A stretch of DNA of 64,000 nucleotides from Takakia lepidozioides (Eukaryota; Plantae; Bryophyta): positions 23,560,001 to 23,624,000 of the forward strand of contig CM060733.1 of assembly GCA_030704615.1 (NCBI GenBank), in the 5' to 3' direction. Position numbers and translations under genes: made by a program. The notes beneath the pieces are model-generated. The model saw only the letters and a list, made by a program, of their open reading frames with translations, was not told the DNA's origin and searched no databases. Positions 39,961-53,038 of this stretch are shown in pieces; position 1 is the first letter of the stretch; the number at the start of each line of letters is the position of its first letter.

Positions 39961-41360
39961 ATGGATCTAACTTTAACATGTTAGATGCTAGAGTGGAGGA
40001 TAGATTTGATGGGACTAATTATCATACTTGGAAATTTAGAATGGATATGATCCTCCTAGACAAGGACTTGTGGTCAGTAGTTGATGGCACTTTAGTGAGG
40101 CCAACCACAACCAATGGTCAACCTGCATGGGACAGGAAAGATCAAAGGGCTAGAACAAGTCTTATAACAAGTCTCAGAGATAATCAAATGCACTTAGTAA
40201 CTAGTGCTTCCATTGCAATGGCGATCTGGGACAAGTTGGCCACAATATTTGAGACTAAAGATGTCACGTCAAATGTGTTTGCCACTACTCGTTTTTATAG
40301 TCTAAAAATGAGTGAAATAGAGAATGTAGAGTTACACTTGAGTTCCTTCAATGTCTTGAGAAGACAACCAGAAGCAGTAGGAACTAAGGTTTCAGATGAA
40401 CATGCAGCAGTAGTGTTGCTTGGGTCATTACCAGAGTCTTATGACGGGTTTGTAGTGTCACTAACAGGGCAAAACAACCTATCGGTGGATAATGTCATAG
40501 GGCTATTACTTAAAGAGGAAATAAGAAGAAAATGCCAAACATCTACAGGAGTAGATAAGGCATTATTCTCTGGAAAGTTTGGTAATAAGAAGAAGTCTTG
40601 GAAGTCCCCTCAAAAACAAGAGGTAGGAGAATCTAGTGAGTCTGGATATAAGAAGAAGTCTAAAATAAAATGCTTTTACTGTAAGCAACCTGGTCATATG
40701 ATCAAAGACAGCAGAAAACGAATGGCGGAGGAAAAGCAAAATGATGAAGTAGATCATACTCTTGAAGATGAAGAGGAGGATGAAGCTAGTGATGAACAAG
40801 TAAGTCCACTTCTGTGAAGGTCACGAAGGGAGAGAAAAGTTCCTGAGAGGCTTATCATGTCGATGACAGCTGTTGAAGCCGTGAGAGGAGAAATCCCATT
40901 GACAGAACCTGCTACCTACGAAGAAGCAATGACAGCCCCTGATAAGGTTAAGTGGGAGTAGGCAATAAACTCTGAATTCAATTCGCTAATATAGAATCAA
41001 ACATGGTCACTTACTGACCTACCCCTAGGACGTAAAGTTGTTGGGTGCAAATGGATCTTTAAGATCAAGCTCAAGTCCGACGGGAGTGTTGACAGGTATA
41101 AAGTGCGGCTGGTTGCTAAGGGTTTCTCACAGGTACAAGGTGTTGACTACAACGACACTTTTTCACCTGTTGTAAAAATCACTTCAATAAGAGTATTAAT
41201 GGCATTGGCAGCCGAGAATGATTTTGATGTCCATCAAATGGATGTCAAAACAACGTTTCTCAATGGCTACCTACAAGAGACCATTTACATGGATCAGCCT
41301 CAAGGTTTTATCAAACCAGAGACCAGAGACAAAGTATGTAAGTTACATAAGACGCTATAA
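39961..41360 (+). mobile_element. Ty1/copia remnant: gag fused by deletion to a partial RT
   Basis: Gag: FDGTNYHTWKFRM, LLGSLPESY, degenerate knuckle CFYCKQPGHMIKDS. RT: CKWIFK, RLVAKGFSQ, HQMDVKTTFLNG. Protease and integrase are absent; stops are present. Confidence 0.92.
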
Positions 41361-42612
41361 ATATATTTGTTTTGCATTTTGTTTGGGTTGGAATTTGAAT
41401 CGGAATTAGGTTAGGCATCATGTAGTTCTATTGCGGACCATACATTTTAAGTAATTCTGATAATTCACAAAGGGTACATTACATTATGTATGTATGGCTC
41501 GTCAACGAACCAAGCCCTTATCTGTTTCTGACCTTTAAACCCATCATAGATCCGAGACAACCTTCTTGGTACGTCCGAACCTACAAAGTTCGGCGAACTT
41601 GCAAGTTTTGAGTATATTCTCATATGTGAATCTAAAGAATTTTGGCCACTCTCACACTCACCAAAGTTCAGTCCTCTTCTCCTAGAGGGAGAAGTAGATT
41701 ATTCTTCACGGAGCTCGATTTCGATGGCTGGGCCCTGGGAACAACTGCTCACGTGAAATATGAGGTCCAAATGTCTCTTATGTTATATCATTATCTTTTT
41801 ATTCATTACTATTGTAGGACTTCATTGCTCTAAATGTAGATACAACTCTAAATGGTTGTAGTATATGTTGGTGATAAGTAGGTCACCATGTTAATTATGA
41901 AGAATATTGGTCATTCAAAAGATTGGAGGTTGTCATGAATTCCAAGTGCCAACTCATATGTCAGGTATTTTCGCTCTTGTACTAGGTTTTGCGACTCTAT
42001 CTTATTCCACGGATGCCATGATGATTTTTTTGAAAATTGTTTCGACAAATTTTTTCAGATTAGTGGCAAATATATTATACTAGACTATTGTTTTTATGAA
42101 CTAAGGCGCCCCCAACTTGCACTTATATATGAAAATATGTGTATGGTAAGGTTCCCTTGAGGTAACCTTCTTTGATTTGATCAATCATAAGATTAATGAG
42201 GACATGGCCTGAGGTCTTTAGGGGAAAACCAAAGATAGGCCCGACGAAGGGAACCACGTATATGCCAATGCAATATCCTGTCAGCTCGTCGCCACGTCAC
42301 CCTCAAGCATTGGCACCACAACTATTCTTCTCATCACCGTGGTTGTCTTAACACTATTAATAAAGGTTTAAGACAATAATTGGCTGAATTTTGCTTGGGG
42401 ATTGTTCCTGAAAAACAAAGACAAAAACTTGATTAGTCTTAAAAGAGGATGTACAAAAAGGGGTGAAGTTCTTATTCAAGGACGCCTCGCCCTTTGTCAT
42501 GACCTCTAAATCTAGGAAAGTTCAAGGGCAAGAACTTTATCTAGCAAAGCTCAAAAACTTACTATTTAGCCCTATTTTGCCGGATTTTGAGAAGGCCCTA
42601 GCTAAGGATTGT

Positions 42613-45600
42613 AGTCCATAACCGCTTGGGGCTAAAACAACCTAATGCAAAGACAAAATATTGTGATTGGGATGTCACTATATTTACACTTGGAAATTTT
42701 GTGTAGTGCTTTATATTTCACGTCAAAGTAAAGTTGACATGAGAATACTAACAGCCGGCACGGCACGAAATCATGTGCAACAACTATTCTCTATGACCAA
42801 ACAAAACTTGGGTGGCCAAAAATAATGACTCAATGACAACACTTAACTTAGCAATATTCTAGTCTACATCTCATTGTTTTGGTCCTCTCACATATTAGCA
42901 ATAAATAAGATTGATCGTCACAACTCACACACATGTCTAGGCACTCCTTACTCATTTTGACTTCCTCTCATTGTTACAATTGTTCTAAAATCCCAAGTTA
43001 AGAAAAAGTTTTAAGGCGGGAATCAGGTGCCATGGCTACACTTTCGTCACTCTTGAGAAGTTTGGCACTGGGACTTGTAATGGCATGCGCTGTAGGCAAC
43101 TACATAACGTCGAAAGTTGAGTGCTTCCCGCTAGAAAAATTCAATACTATTGGACCATACTATTGGACGGATGTTCTTTTCTATCCCAATCAAACTGATT
43201 TTGTAATAGCAAGGATCAATGGAACGGCAACCCAAGATAACTTTGGAGCATTCCAAATCTTTAACGATCCTCTCAGATTGGGTCCCAATGCAAATGACGC
43301 ACTTCTAGGCCGTACTGAAGGCCACTTAGCACTTGTGAGTGCTTAACTTCCATATATCAATATTACAATGGTCATGTCTATAATGCACAATATGCTTAAT
43401 TTACATGTACCACGACTGTTCATGTGTAGATTTTGCAAAACTTTACAAATTCAGTGTATTCAAGTATTGAAGCTTATAGGTTTTTCTTGTTCTTTGTTTA
43501 TGTAAAATTACAAGCTTACATTTAATTTGCATGCATATATGTCTATCTACTTTTATTGAACCCGTTGGTGGATCACAAATTAACAAACTAATTCAATAGA
43601 TTTGCAAGAGTGTAAAAAATAATAATAATAATAACTATGTTTCGAGTTAAATATGTAATATCCAAACTTTTGCAACTTTCATAGTACATATTGTTTACAA
43701 GTGAATATTGTAAGACTCACCTATGGGTTTCTGGCTCTAAATTATCTACAGAGCAGCTTCGACGCACTTGATGGACCAATACAATTCACATTTGTATTGA
43801 ACAATGGTACCATCACCTTTGGAGGATACTTGGCGTACCCTTATGACAACCGCTATGGAATCATTACGGGAAGTGGTGCCTACAAGAACATTATTGGGGG
43901 CTACACTGATACGACTTTTAGCTCGTTCGGCCTTGGCTTTGATCAGCTAGTACTCAAGGGCACTGTTTATTACACCACGTCCCATGACTACTAAACTCTT
44001 GATCAGCTTTTGATAAGAGATGCAGTGCACTTTCAAATTTTTTGATGAAGTTGCTTGAAGGTATTGTGATTGAAATTTCATTGTAGTCATGGCTGGAAAC
44101 ATATCATCTACTGATTTATGTAGTGATTTGTATGTCTTCACATCCATAAGTTATATGGATATTTAGAAAATAAAATAAAATAAAAGAGGAATAGGGAAAA
44201 TAGGGACATCCATAGCTCTGAGCATTCACTAGCGTTATAGAAATTAGCATAGTTAATTGCGAAGTCTAGCATGCTGTCTATTCATATTCAGTTGGATTGG
44301 AGATAAACCATCTTTTAGGACATTCTCACAACACTTTTACTTCAAATCCTTGATGCTAGGTTAAAAGTTTGGAATCATTGTGTAGTTCCGAGCACCAAGA
44401 CATTATATTGTAACTTCATGTTGTGCTCACTCACCATGTCAACCCCATTTTCAACTTGATGAGTAACTAAGTTAGTTTTTCTACATAGAATGATATTCCT
44501 TCCATCAAACCAAAGACTAGTTTCATTGTATCGTAAGTAAGACTCTACTACATCGTACACAATGGACTACATGTAGTCAAATAAATGATTGTACGTCAGT
44601 GATACATATTGTCATTTGGTTCATGATTCATAAACTCATAAGGTGAAAATAATTGAAATACAAAATAACATGACATGTGCGACACGAAAGTCATGAATGA
44701 GTTGGAAGACTTTTGCCGAAGCAAATGTAATTTATGGTGTCGCTTCACCCCGAATGTTTAATGTCTTCTATTTGAAAGGTGAACAAATCAAATCAACCAT
44801 GTTCAATTCTTAAGCGGAGGTTGGTATCGCGTGAACACAAACTGACATGAGCAAGATACCACATCAACACAATCCATGGTTATAAAGGTAATATGTTTGG
44901 AAATGGAATTAGAAATCATACGCAGACATATGGCATAGTATCAATAGGGTTAGTTACATAAATACTAGGGTAGCCTGTGCCGTTGGCCCAAGTGTCTGGT
45001 GTCATTTAAGTCCAAGTGCAATCCCCTATGTGTCCAAGTACATCTCCTATGTCGAGGCCCGTGTGTGAAGAATTTGCTATTTTTCACGAATTTCCAGTGC
45101 AATCTCCAATGTCATTCCAACACTTAATTTTGTAATTTAAACCCTATTTTAACTAATTATGGACTTTTGGCTTAAATCCAGACCAAACTTAATATATATT
45201 TGAATTAAAATTAATTCAAATGTTAATAATATCATGGTGTAATGTGTGATTGAACTTTGTGAAATTATAGGTGATGTCATACTTGCTTCAAAATGTGACA
45301 TATAAGATGTCCATTTGACATTGAAGTGCTTGTGAAGTTGCAGTACTGAACAATTCATTGAACGTCCATTGAGAAGTCGAATGATGTAATATTACATTAT
45401 GTAATAATTTATGATAATAATTTTGATTGAATCTTCATGTTGACAAGCACAATATTCAGAGACAATGCCATTGGAATGATGTTTTGGGTGTGAGAATGGC
45501 AGTAAAATATTAAAATAGCTTGAAACATTAGGAAGATGACCTAATAGGGTAGTAAAATAAGGTTTGGGGTGTAACTAGATATATTAAGTGCAATAAGGTC

Positions 45601-48110
45601 CAAGTTTGTGGTGAGGAGAAGGGTTTAGGGTTTGGATTTAGGGTAGAAAGAGAAAAACAAATATGAAAGACTCACCTCCGTAGAGTGTAAAAATGTAAGG
45701 AGAATTTGATATCCATGTAATCATTCTATCATACGTTATCCAACAAAATTAAAGAAAACATTAAAAGAGAAGATACATTTACAAGAGGTAACATGGTAGT
45801 ACAATAAGGTTTGGAGTTTAAGTAGGGTACTACACTAAGGTTTGGTATATGGTAAGAGTAATGGTTTAGGGTGCTAAGGGTCAAGCTTAAGCTTAGGGTA
45901 ACGATTAAGGAAAGGGTAAAGGGAAGGGTAAAGGTTTAGGGTTTGGATTTAGGGTAGAAAGGGACAAACAAATATGGAAGACTCACACATGGTAGTACAC
46001 TAACTTGGTTTGGAGGTAAGTAGGGTAGTACACTAACTTGGATTTTGGTATATGGTAAGAGTAATGGTTTAGGGTAGTAAGGGTCAAGCTTAAGCTTAGG
46101 GTAAGGATTAAGGCCAGGGTAAAGGGAAGGGTAAGGGTTTAGGGTTTGGATTTAGGGTAGTACACTAAGGTTTTTGGTATATGGTAAGAGTAATGGTTTA
46201 GCGTACTAAGGGTCCAGCTTAAGCCTAGGGTTAAGGGGTGATGGTAAAGGTACAAATGGACAAACAAATATGGAAGACTCGCACTCACTAGAACTTGGTG
46301 TGTATGGTAAAAAAATGAAAATAAAAATGGAGAAACGAATATTATGGAAGAGTCATTGAGACGGACAAGTATTTAAATTAACGACTCGTTGTTGGAACCT
46401 GGTCTTAAGATACATAGAAAGCACACTAGTATGCAAAGGTAAGTGCATGTGAATCCAAAACAAACGAGAAAAGTAGCGCAAAAAGGAAGGGAGAAGAGAT
46501 TTGGATTACCATAAGGTCCATAACCATTATTGGTTATGGTATGGATAGTACAATCCCATTTGCAAAAGGAATGGTAAGGGTTTAGAAAAAAATGCTTAAG
46601 GGTCTTTTAGGGTAAAGGGTGTTACTAGGATAAGGGTTTACTAAGGGTTTTGGTTTAAGTTAGAAATCGACAAACAAACATGGAAGACTCCACTCGCTAG
46701 ATATAGACTCGCTTAGAGGAGGAAAATGAGGAGAACATGAGAGGTATAAGTTAAGGAGTGGCAAATTGAAAAGTATGGCAATAATGATAGGGTAAGGGTC
46801 CTCTTAGTGGGAGACCTCAGTTGGAGACTTGGCTTGAGTCAAGTGCAAGCATTGAGAGACGGATTGGAATTGGCACAATGACGGGACATTGGAAAAAAAC
46901 ATTTAGACCGGATTGGAAAAGAAAGAATCCAGGGGTTGTGCCAGCATTTTATTTTTTTTGGTGCACTGTCTGTTTCGTAAGTCAGAATCCCTCACACAAA
47001 TATTTGTAGATGAACAGAATGTACAGCAGTGCAGAGTCCAGCACGCAAAAAAAAAAGATTGAGAACATCCACTGGCCACTCGAGGTTAAGTGCGACAAAA
47101 AAATAAAACAAGAAGGATCCCCAAACGCAAACACGAAGGGAAAAAAACATAAAGAAATTTTTATATCTTAAAACAAAGGACCGGAAATGACCTCAACATT
47201 TAGTCCACGGACGGAAAATGGTTCGCAAGAAGGTAACCTTCAAGTATCTGGCTGAAGGTTAGCCTCATCCAAATTTGCGTACGCCCTCACTGCTTCCACC
47301 GCTGTAATTCTCTTTGTGCTATTTTTTGTCGTATTTTTTCGCGGCATTGTCCACACGACATTGTTCACGTGGATCCATTGAGCAGGATCTGACGGGTTGT
47401 ACTCCCAAACTTTTTACCAACAATCCATGTACCTCTCCAAGTCGGAGGGGTTACCTCATTTCTTCGGTCTCCACCACTCCACCTTCACTTTCTTAAAATA
47501 AGGATCCTCTCTTTCTCGGATGACATCTGAAATTGCCATTCCCATCCAGATCGGGCAAGTCGTTGGGTCATGAGGGCGAACGAGCACAAAAAATCCTTTC
47601 TCAATATCCTTGAACGGACTCAAGGGTATCATTGAACGCTCGCACCTAGGGCCACAGAAAGGTTACAGAACTTCATCCTCATCTTCTATATCATGCAATA
47701 TCTGTGGCTGGATGCCATCCCTCCGATGGTTTGAGGACCAATTTGTTTTCCGCCAGCCTCAAGAAGTTGAATACGCTCCGGAATTTCCTGCATTGGCTTA
47801 TCCAATTCGGCGAGAACATTTCCTCAGTATTGGTCGTATTGTTCAATTACACCTCGGTAATGATCGTCAAGCAACATTTCTTTGGTCCAAACATCTCTGT
47901 ATTTCTTAATACCATTTTTTATGAAGGACTGTTTTTCGGAGGAGTCGTCCCCGACTCCCCATATCGGTCTTCTTGGAACGGCATCTGGGTGTCCTTCAGG
48001 GAGATTTGGAGTCTCGTCAGGGTTGGACTTCCACATCTTAACGTTGGAGTTTTTTTTAAGCCACTCCGAATCAGTAACTGACTTCTTGTACTTCATAACG
48101 GGCCAACCAT
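42613..48110. repeat. Duplicated block, copy 2 (matches 1-5536)
   Basis: AGTCCATAACCGCTTGGGGC starts at 42613. Homology stops abruptly at 48110, inside the Sola-like transposase remnant. Confidence 0.97.
43032..43994 (+). CDS. Dirigent-like secreted protein, copy 2 (exons 43032-43334 and 43752-43994)
   Basis: Same structure as copy 1, with GT at 43335 and AG at 43750-43751. Four amino-acid differences. Confidence 0.8.
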
Positions 48111-49449
48111 TTAGAGTGTGAGTGTGCCATGAAAAATCCACAATTCTGTTTCTAGAACCTTTTCTGGTCTATATGAGAGACAAATCTGTGGATATCCTTC
48201 TTGTATGGCTGGGGGAAATGAGGACGTAATTGAAGGGCAGGTCTCTTCTCTTAGCCTGTGCACCCAAGGGGACAAGATTTATGTCTCTCAAGGAACTCAG
48301 ACTGATTTCAGTGGAGAACAGTTGGACGAGTTGATTGCATACTGGGAGTCAAACATTAGTAGTATACAACAAACTGTTGTAGTTGGCGTTGAGGGCCTCA
48401 ATGTTGCTTTGGACAGTCAGAACTCTGTTGGAGCAAGCAGTTCTGCAGCTGTAAGTGAAATACCAAAGTGGGTGAAAGCTAGGCTTGGCCAAGGTGTTCA
48501 GCCACAAGGCTATGGTGTACTGGAGCAGAGGAGCAGGAGCTACACAAGTTTGTGCAATCAGACATGGTTGCAGCCGGACACACTCTGCACAAGGCAACCA
48601 TGAGCGGGGGTTCATTAGCAATGACAAGTTTGTTTTGCTTGAGGGAGATGCAGTCATTCACAATGAGGACACCCACAACCGTCTCAAAGCTTTCGAGTTG
48701 AGAGACTATCAGACCCTACCTTTGTTTTCTTTAGTGTTCAGTGAACGGGAGATAGGGGAGTATTGCTTTGTCTCTACCTGGCAGAAAGAGGAGGAGGGTT
48801 GGTTAGAATGAGCTACTGTAGCTTGGGACAAGGTTAGTGGCAGGTTTGTGGAAATAGATATACCTCCTATACCTTACCATCATGCAGAGCGAGACACTTT
48901 GAGAGAAGTCTGGCAGTTGATAGCATAGATCAGGATTAGATCTTGCTTGGTCGAGCTTCTATTCTTCCCCTCCATCTCTGTACTATTCTCATTACCTTGT
49001 ACTTGTAGTTGCCAAAGCCTCTCTTGGTGGAGGCCAGTCAGTCCGGGGTTGTGGGCCGGGATATTCTGCAGGATCAGCATTGCAGCTGGATTTTGGTGTG
49101 GGGGTGTTGATGTTTTGGTTTCTTGTGTTTGGATCCCCCCCCCACACCTGCATGTTTGACTGTTCGCCATGTTGGTTTTGTGTGGGCGCTTGCTTTCATA
49201 GGGATTAGGCCGGATTTGATCACCGGTCAATCCTAGAGTATGCTGTCGGTGGTGAGGCTGGAGTGATGACCAGCAAGACCACCAATGTTTCTTCTATGGT
49301 GAGGCTGGATTGATGACCAGCCAACCATAGGAGTTCTTGCGGTGGATGCAAGTGCAGGTGCCCTTAGCCACTGGGATATGACCCTTAATCCACAACAGGT
49401 GCTCACCCGTGTCACTATTAGAATTAGTACTAGAGCCTTATAGTGTCAC

Positions 49450-50350
49450 GTGGGGGAGGTGCGGGTTGTGAGTGTCATCACGGAGTTACCCAAGGGTTTT
49501 GAGGGGAGTACGGCTAGAGGTAGTAGCAGTGAGAGTGGGTTCACCAGACGAGGTGTTCGTTTCAGACCACCTTCACCTCCACCCTCAACTAGTGCAGAGT
49601 CAGACACAGACTCGGAGGCTTCATCAACAGGTGTTCAGTTTCATTCGCCATTGTTGTGGGACGACATGGAGGAGATGTATGGAGCTATCAAGGGGCCTCG
49701 TAGGTACTCTGGAGCTGCGGGCACAATTGAGCTGGATGACTTTATCCAGGAGTTCAACAGCTGGTGTGATTTGCAGCAGATGCGCAATCCACAGCTGTTC
49801 ACCCCATTCATGGCGTGGAAGGGACTGTTCCAGCATTTGGAAGGCCCGCCTATGGACGATTACCACGAGTTCAGGCGAGGACATGAAGCAGAGATTGAGG
49901 AGTGGAGGATGTATTGGTCACCTGACTACGTCTCCATTACTCGAGGCACAACGCGACCAGTAGCTGCATCAGTACCAATATCTCCCACTGCCAGCAGTAG
50001 TAGTGGAACAGTAGTGCCGGTACTTCTGCAGGTGGTTCCAGTTCAAAAGGTGCTACTACTCCTCCTGCCACGACTACAATACATGTGCCTAGATTCAACC
50101 CGGTGGTGGAGTTCTTCTAGGAGTTGCGGAGGAACTACCAAGGTGTACGGACAGAGAAGCTGCGAAGTTTGCAAGACTTCCAGCGCAAACCCAGTGAGAG
50201 CTTGCGAGAGGCCCACACTCGTATGAGGCGCTTGATAAGTGTGACCCAAGGGGTTACTGAAGCTCAGGCAATCCAGTTCTGGTATGGAATTTTGGACAAG
50301 GAGCTCAGGAGAAGGGTGCGGGATGCAACCCTGTTACAAGCAGCCCAACC
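49450..50350 (+). mobile_element. Retrotransposon gag-like remnant (probably Ty3/gypsy) interrupted by element B
   Basis: RYSG...ELDDFIQEFNSWC and LQDFQRKPSESLREAHTRMRRL...FWYGILDKELRRRV are gag capsid-like. Frameshifted, and cut at 50350 by the element B terminus. Confidence 0.7.
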
Positions 50351-50813
50351 GGGGGCTGCTATTTCATGAGCCATGAGCCATGAGCGGCATGAGCCATGAG
50401 CAGAGTCGTAAGTGTGGAAAAAAACATGAGCAGCACTATTTTCCGGAAATGAGTGTCCGCGGGAATAGGGTTTAGGGTGCCACGGTCATAGGGGGAGAAG
50501 GACCTCCCGATGAAGGAGGTTCGGCAATGTTATTTAGAATTATATATTGAAAGGCAATGTTTCGCGAATGGTAGGGTGGTATTGCTCTGTACAATGGGGG
50601 CCCATTTCAGCCTACCAGCCATTTGCAAAATTCACCCACACTCCCAATCCCAAACGAAATGAGCAATGACGCATTCTCGGAACAATGGACACAGAATAGA
50701 ATAAAAAGAGGGCACAATGAGGTTTTTATTGATCCACATGAATTGCATTTGAAGCACGTCTACTGTGCTGATTGTGCCCTCAAATCTTGAGCCCTGTGCC
50801 TACTGAATACAAG

Positions 50814-51488
50814 TCACGTTGTCAATGGGACTTCGACTGCTCTCAGAACTAGCTCATGAGTCCTGGGGCTCCTCCATGTAAAGTCGATTGCAGCCGTTGT
50901 ACCGCCCCTAGTGATGTTCACCACAATGTCCTGCCCTTCAATCATACCACCATCGAATATGGAAATCTTCACGTTTTCGTCGTCCACACCAATGCGAATG
51001 TCCCCATACAATGGAGAAGAGGAGCGCACTCCTCGAGGAGAATAGGTCTCTCCGATGGAGTCCACCCACGTCCAGTGGCAGCAGTTCCACCGCAACAGCA
51101 TAGCAGTGCGCCTTCTTCTGCATGGGTGACCGTCGTAGCTGGGAAAATCGGAATCGAGGATGCGCAGGAGCCACGGACTCCTCAGACCAAGATCGTCACC
51201 CCGCTCGAAGGCGTAGTGGCCTACGATATACTCAAAAGCCACCAATGTTTCCACAATCGAACCAGTATCTTCTCTGTAATCTGTGTACCAGATAACAATG
51301 TCTCCCGATGTGGCCGAATACATTGCATAATCGATGCCTCCAAAGGGGCAGTCGTCCCGGTTCCGGAAGCACGGCATCCTTGCAAAGGAGGACCTGAGGA
51401 CGACTTGGATGCCGATGACCTTGCGGACAGCTACGAAGCCCTTAGATTTTGGAAAAGATACGAAGCGGAAGAGCAGTCCGGCCTCCAA
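50814..51488 (-). CDS. Hypothetical protein inside element B (224-aa ORF; true start uncertain)
   Basis: Uninterrupted ORF with protein-like composition between the left terminus and the first palindrome array. No recognised domain; the opposite strand is also open. Confidence 0.35.
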   Translation of the reverse strand: MEAGLLFRFVSFPKSKGFVAVRKVIGIQVVLRSSFARMPCFRNRDDCPFGGIDYAMYSATSGDIVIWYTDYREDTGSIVETLVAFEYIVGHYAFERGDDLGLRSPWLLRILDSDFPSYDGHPCRRRRTAMLLRWNCCHWTWVDSIGETYSPRGVRSSSPLYGDIRIGVDDENVKISIFDGGMIEGQDIVVNITRGGTTAAIDFTWRSPRTHELVLRAVEVPLTT

Positions 51489-52004
51489 AATGGAGCATCT
51501 GGGTCACACGTACCCACCGACGGAGGTGGAACGTGTTCATCACGCCAGCGGTGGATGAACCCATACATCTTTCTCATCAACAAGTTATAGTTTGAGATCT
51601 GCCACCGAAGTCCATCCCCCCGGATGGAAATTCGGCGCCGCATTTACATCGAAGAGGGGATGGACTTCGTCGTGTCCAGTGGCTATCGGCCCACCTGGCA
51701 GTGAATGCCCATAGTTTGCGCAGCAGGGTAGGAAACTGAAACGGCTACATTCATGCAGCAGCCAATCTTCATCGGTCCAGGATCCTGTACGGGGGAAATT
51801 TAAATGTGCCCTGGAGTGTGCCCTGGAATGTACCTCACTTCTGTATGACTGTGTTTCATTGTGTTGAATAACTCTCGGATTTGGCCCACTGTTTACAATT
51901 TGATGTCTCATTTCTACAATTTGTCTGTCCGGTTGAATAAAGCAGAGTAACCGGTATGTGAGTCATGTGTCAAGAATATACCAGAGTAACGCCATGTCGG
52001 ACAT

Positions 52005-52851
52005 TAAAATGCGGCACCGCATTTCCATGTCGGCATGGAAATGTGGCGCCGCATTTCCATGTCGGCTTGTCGGCTTGGAAATGCGCCGCATTTCCATGTG
52101 CATCGAAATGCGGCACAGCATTTCCATGTCGGACATCGAAATGCGGCACCGCATTTCCATGTCGGACATCGAAATTCGGCACCGCATTTCCATGTCGGAC
52201 ATCGAAATGCGGCACCGCATTTCCATGTCCGAAGAAAATGCGGTGCATCATTTCCGTCCAGGTACACGAAATACCAACACGGGTCTATAAATTGATCAGA
52301 AAACGAGGTTGGCATTGCAAATGCGGCGACGCATTTCCAGCTTGGCAATGGAAACTTCTTTTTGGACAAGGGAATGCGGTGCCGCATTTCCGTCCAACAC
52401 TTCGAAAAGTGCACCTATTTCCGACCAGCGCGATGGAATGCGTTACCGCATTTCCGAGAGAGGGTCTGCAAATGGACAAATTGCGATGTCCGTTCTGGAA
52501 ATGCGGCGCCGCATTTCCATGTCCGTCATCGACTTTTTTTTACAATGGAATGCGGTGCCAATTTTTGCTGATGGGTCTGCAGTTCGAACAACGACCATCC
52601 CCAATATGGAAATGCGGCACCGCATTTTCAATCCCGCCATGTCGGCCTCCTTGTTCGACCTCCTTGTTCGACCTCTGTAAGCGTGGTGGCATCCATGCAA
52701 TGAGCGGGAGAGGCCAAAACTGGCGTGTGGACAAAGGAAATTTTGGAAATGCGGCACCGCATTCCCAATTCAGATTACTTTTTACTATGCCAACATTGAA
52801 ATGGAAAAATTAGTCCCTCCCCTGTTTTGGAAATGCGGTGCCGCATTTCCA
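52005..52851. repeat. Palindrome cluster B1: GAAATGCGGCACCGCATTTCC copies (33-bp period first, then irregular spacing)
   Basis: The unit ATGCGGCACCGCATTTCCATGTCGGACATCGAA is tandem at about 52108-52230, with further dispersed copies up to 52851. Confidence 0.92.
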
Positions 52852-53038
52852 AAAGAGGTTCTTAGAGTTGCCAAAATTTTGGAAATGCCCTGACCCATTT
52901 CTGATTTTGGGAGCGTCCTGGTTTGGGCGATTGTGTGGCTGGAATGCACACTGGAGAGGGGTCACGAATGTCGGGCAGAATTTTCTTTATATACTCTGGA
53001 AGAGAATTTACATTTACAGAGACTTCATTAAAATTCTA

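Noticed and set aside
51958-52813. Repetitive ORFs (KCGTAFP / EMRHRIS), also at 58489-60492
   Set aside because: They are translations of the palindrome in all frames on both strands, with no independent coding signal.
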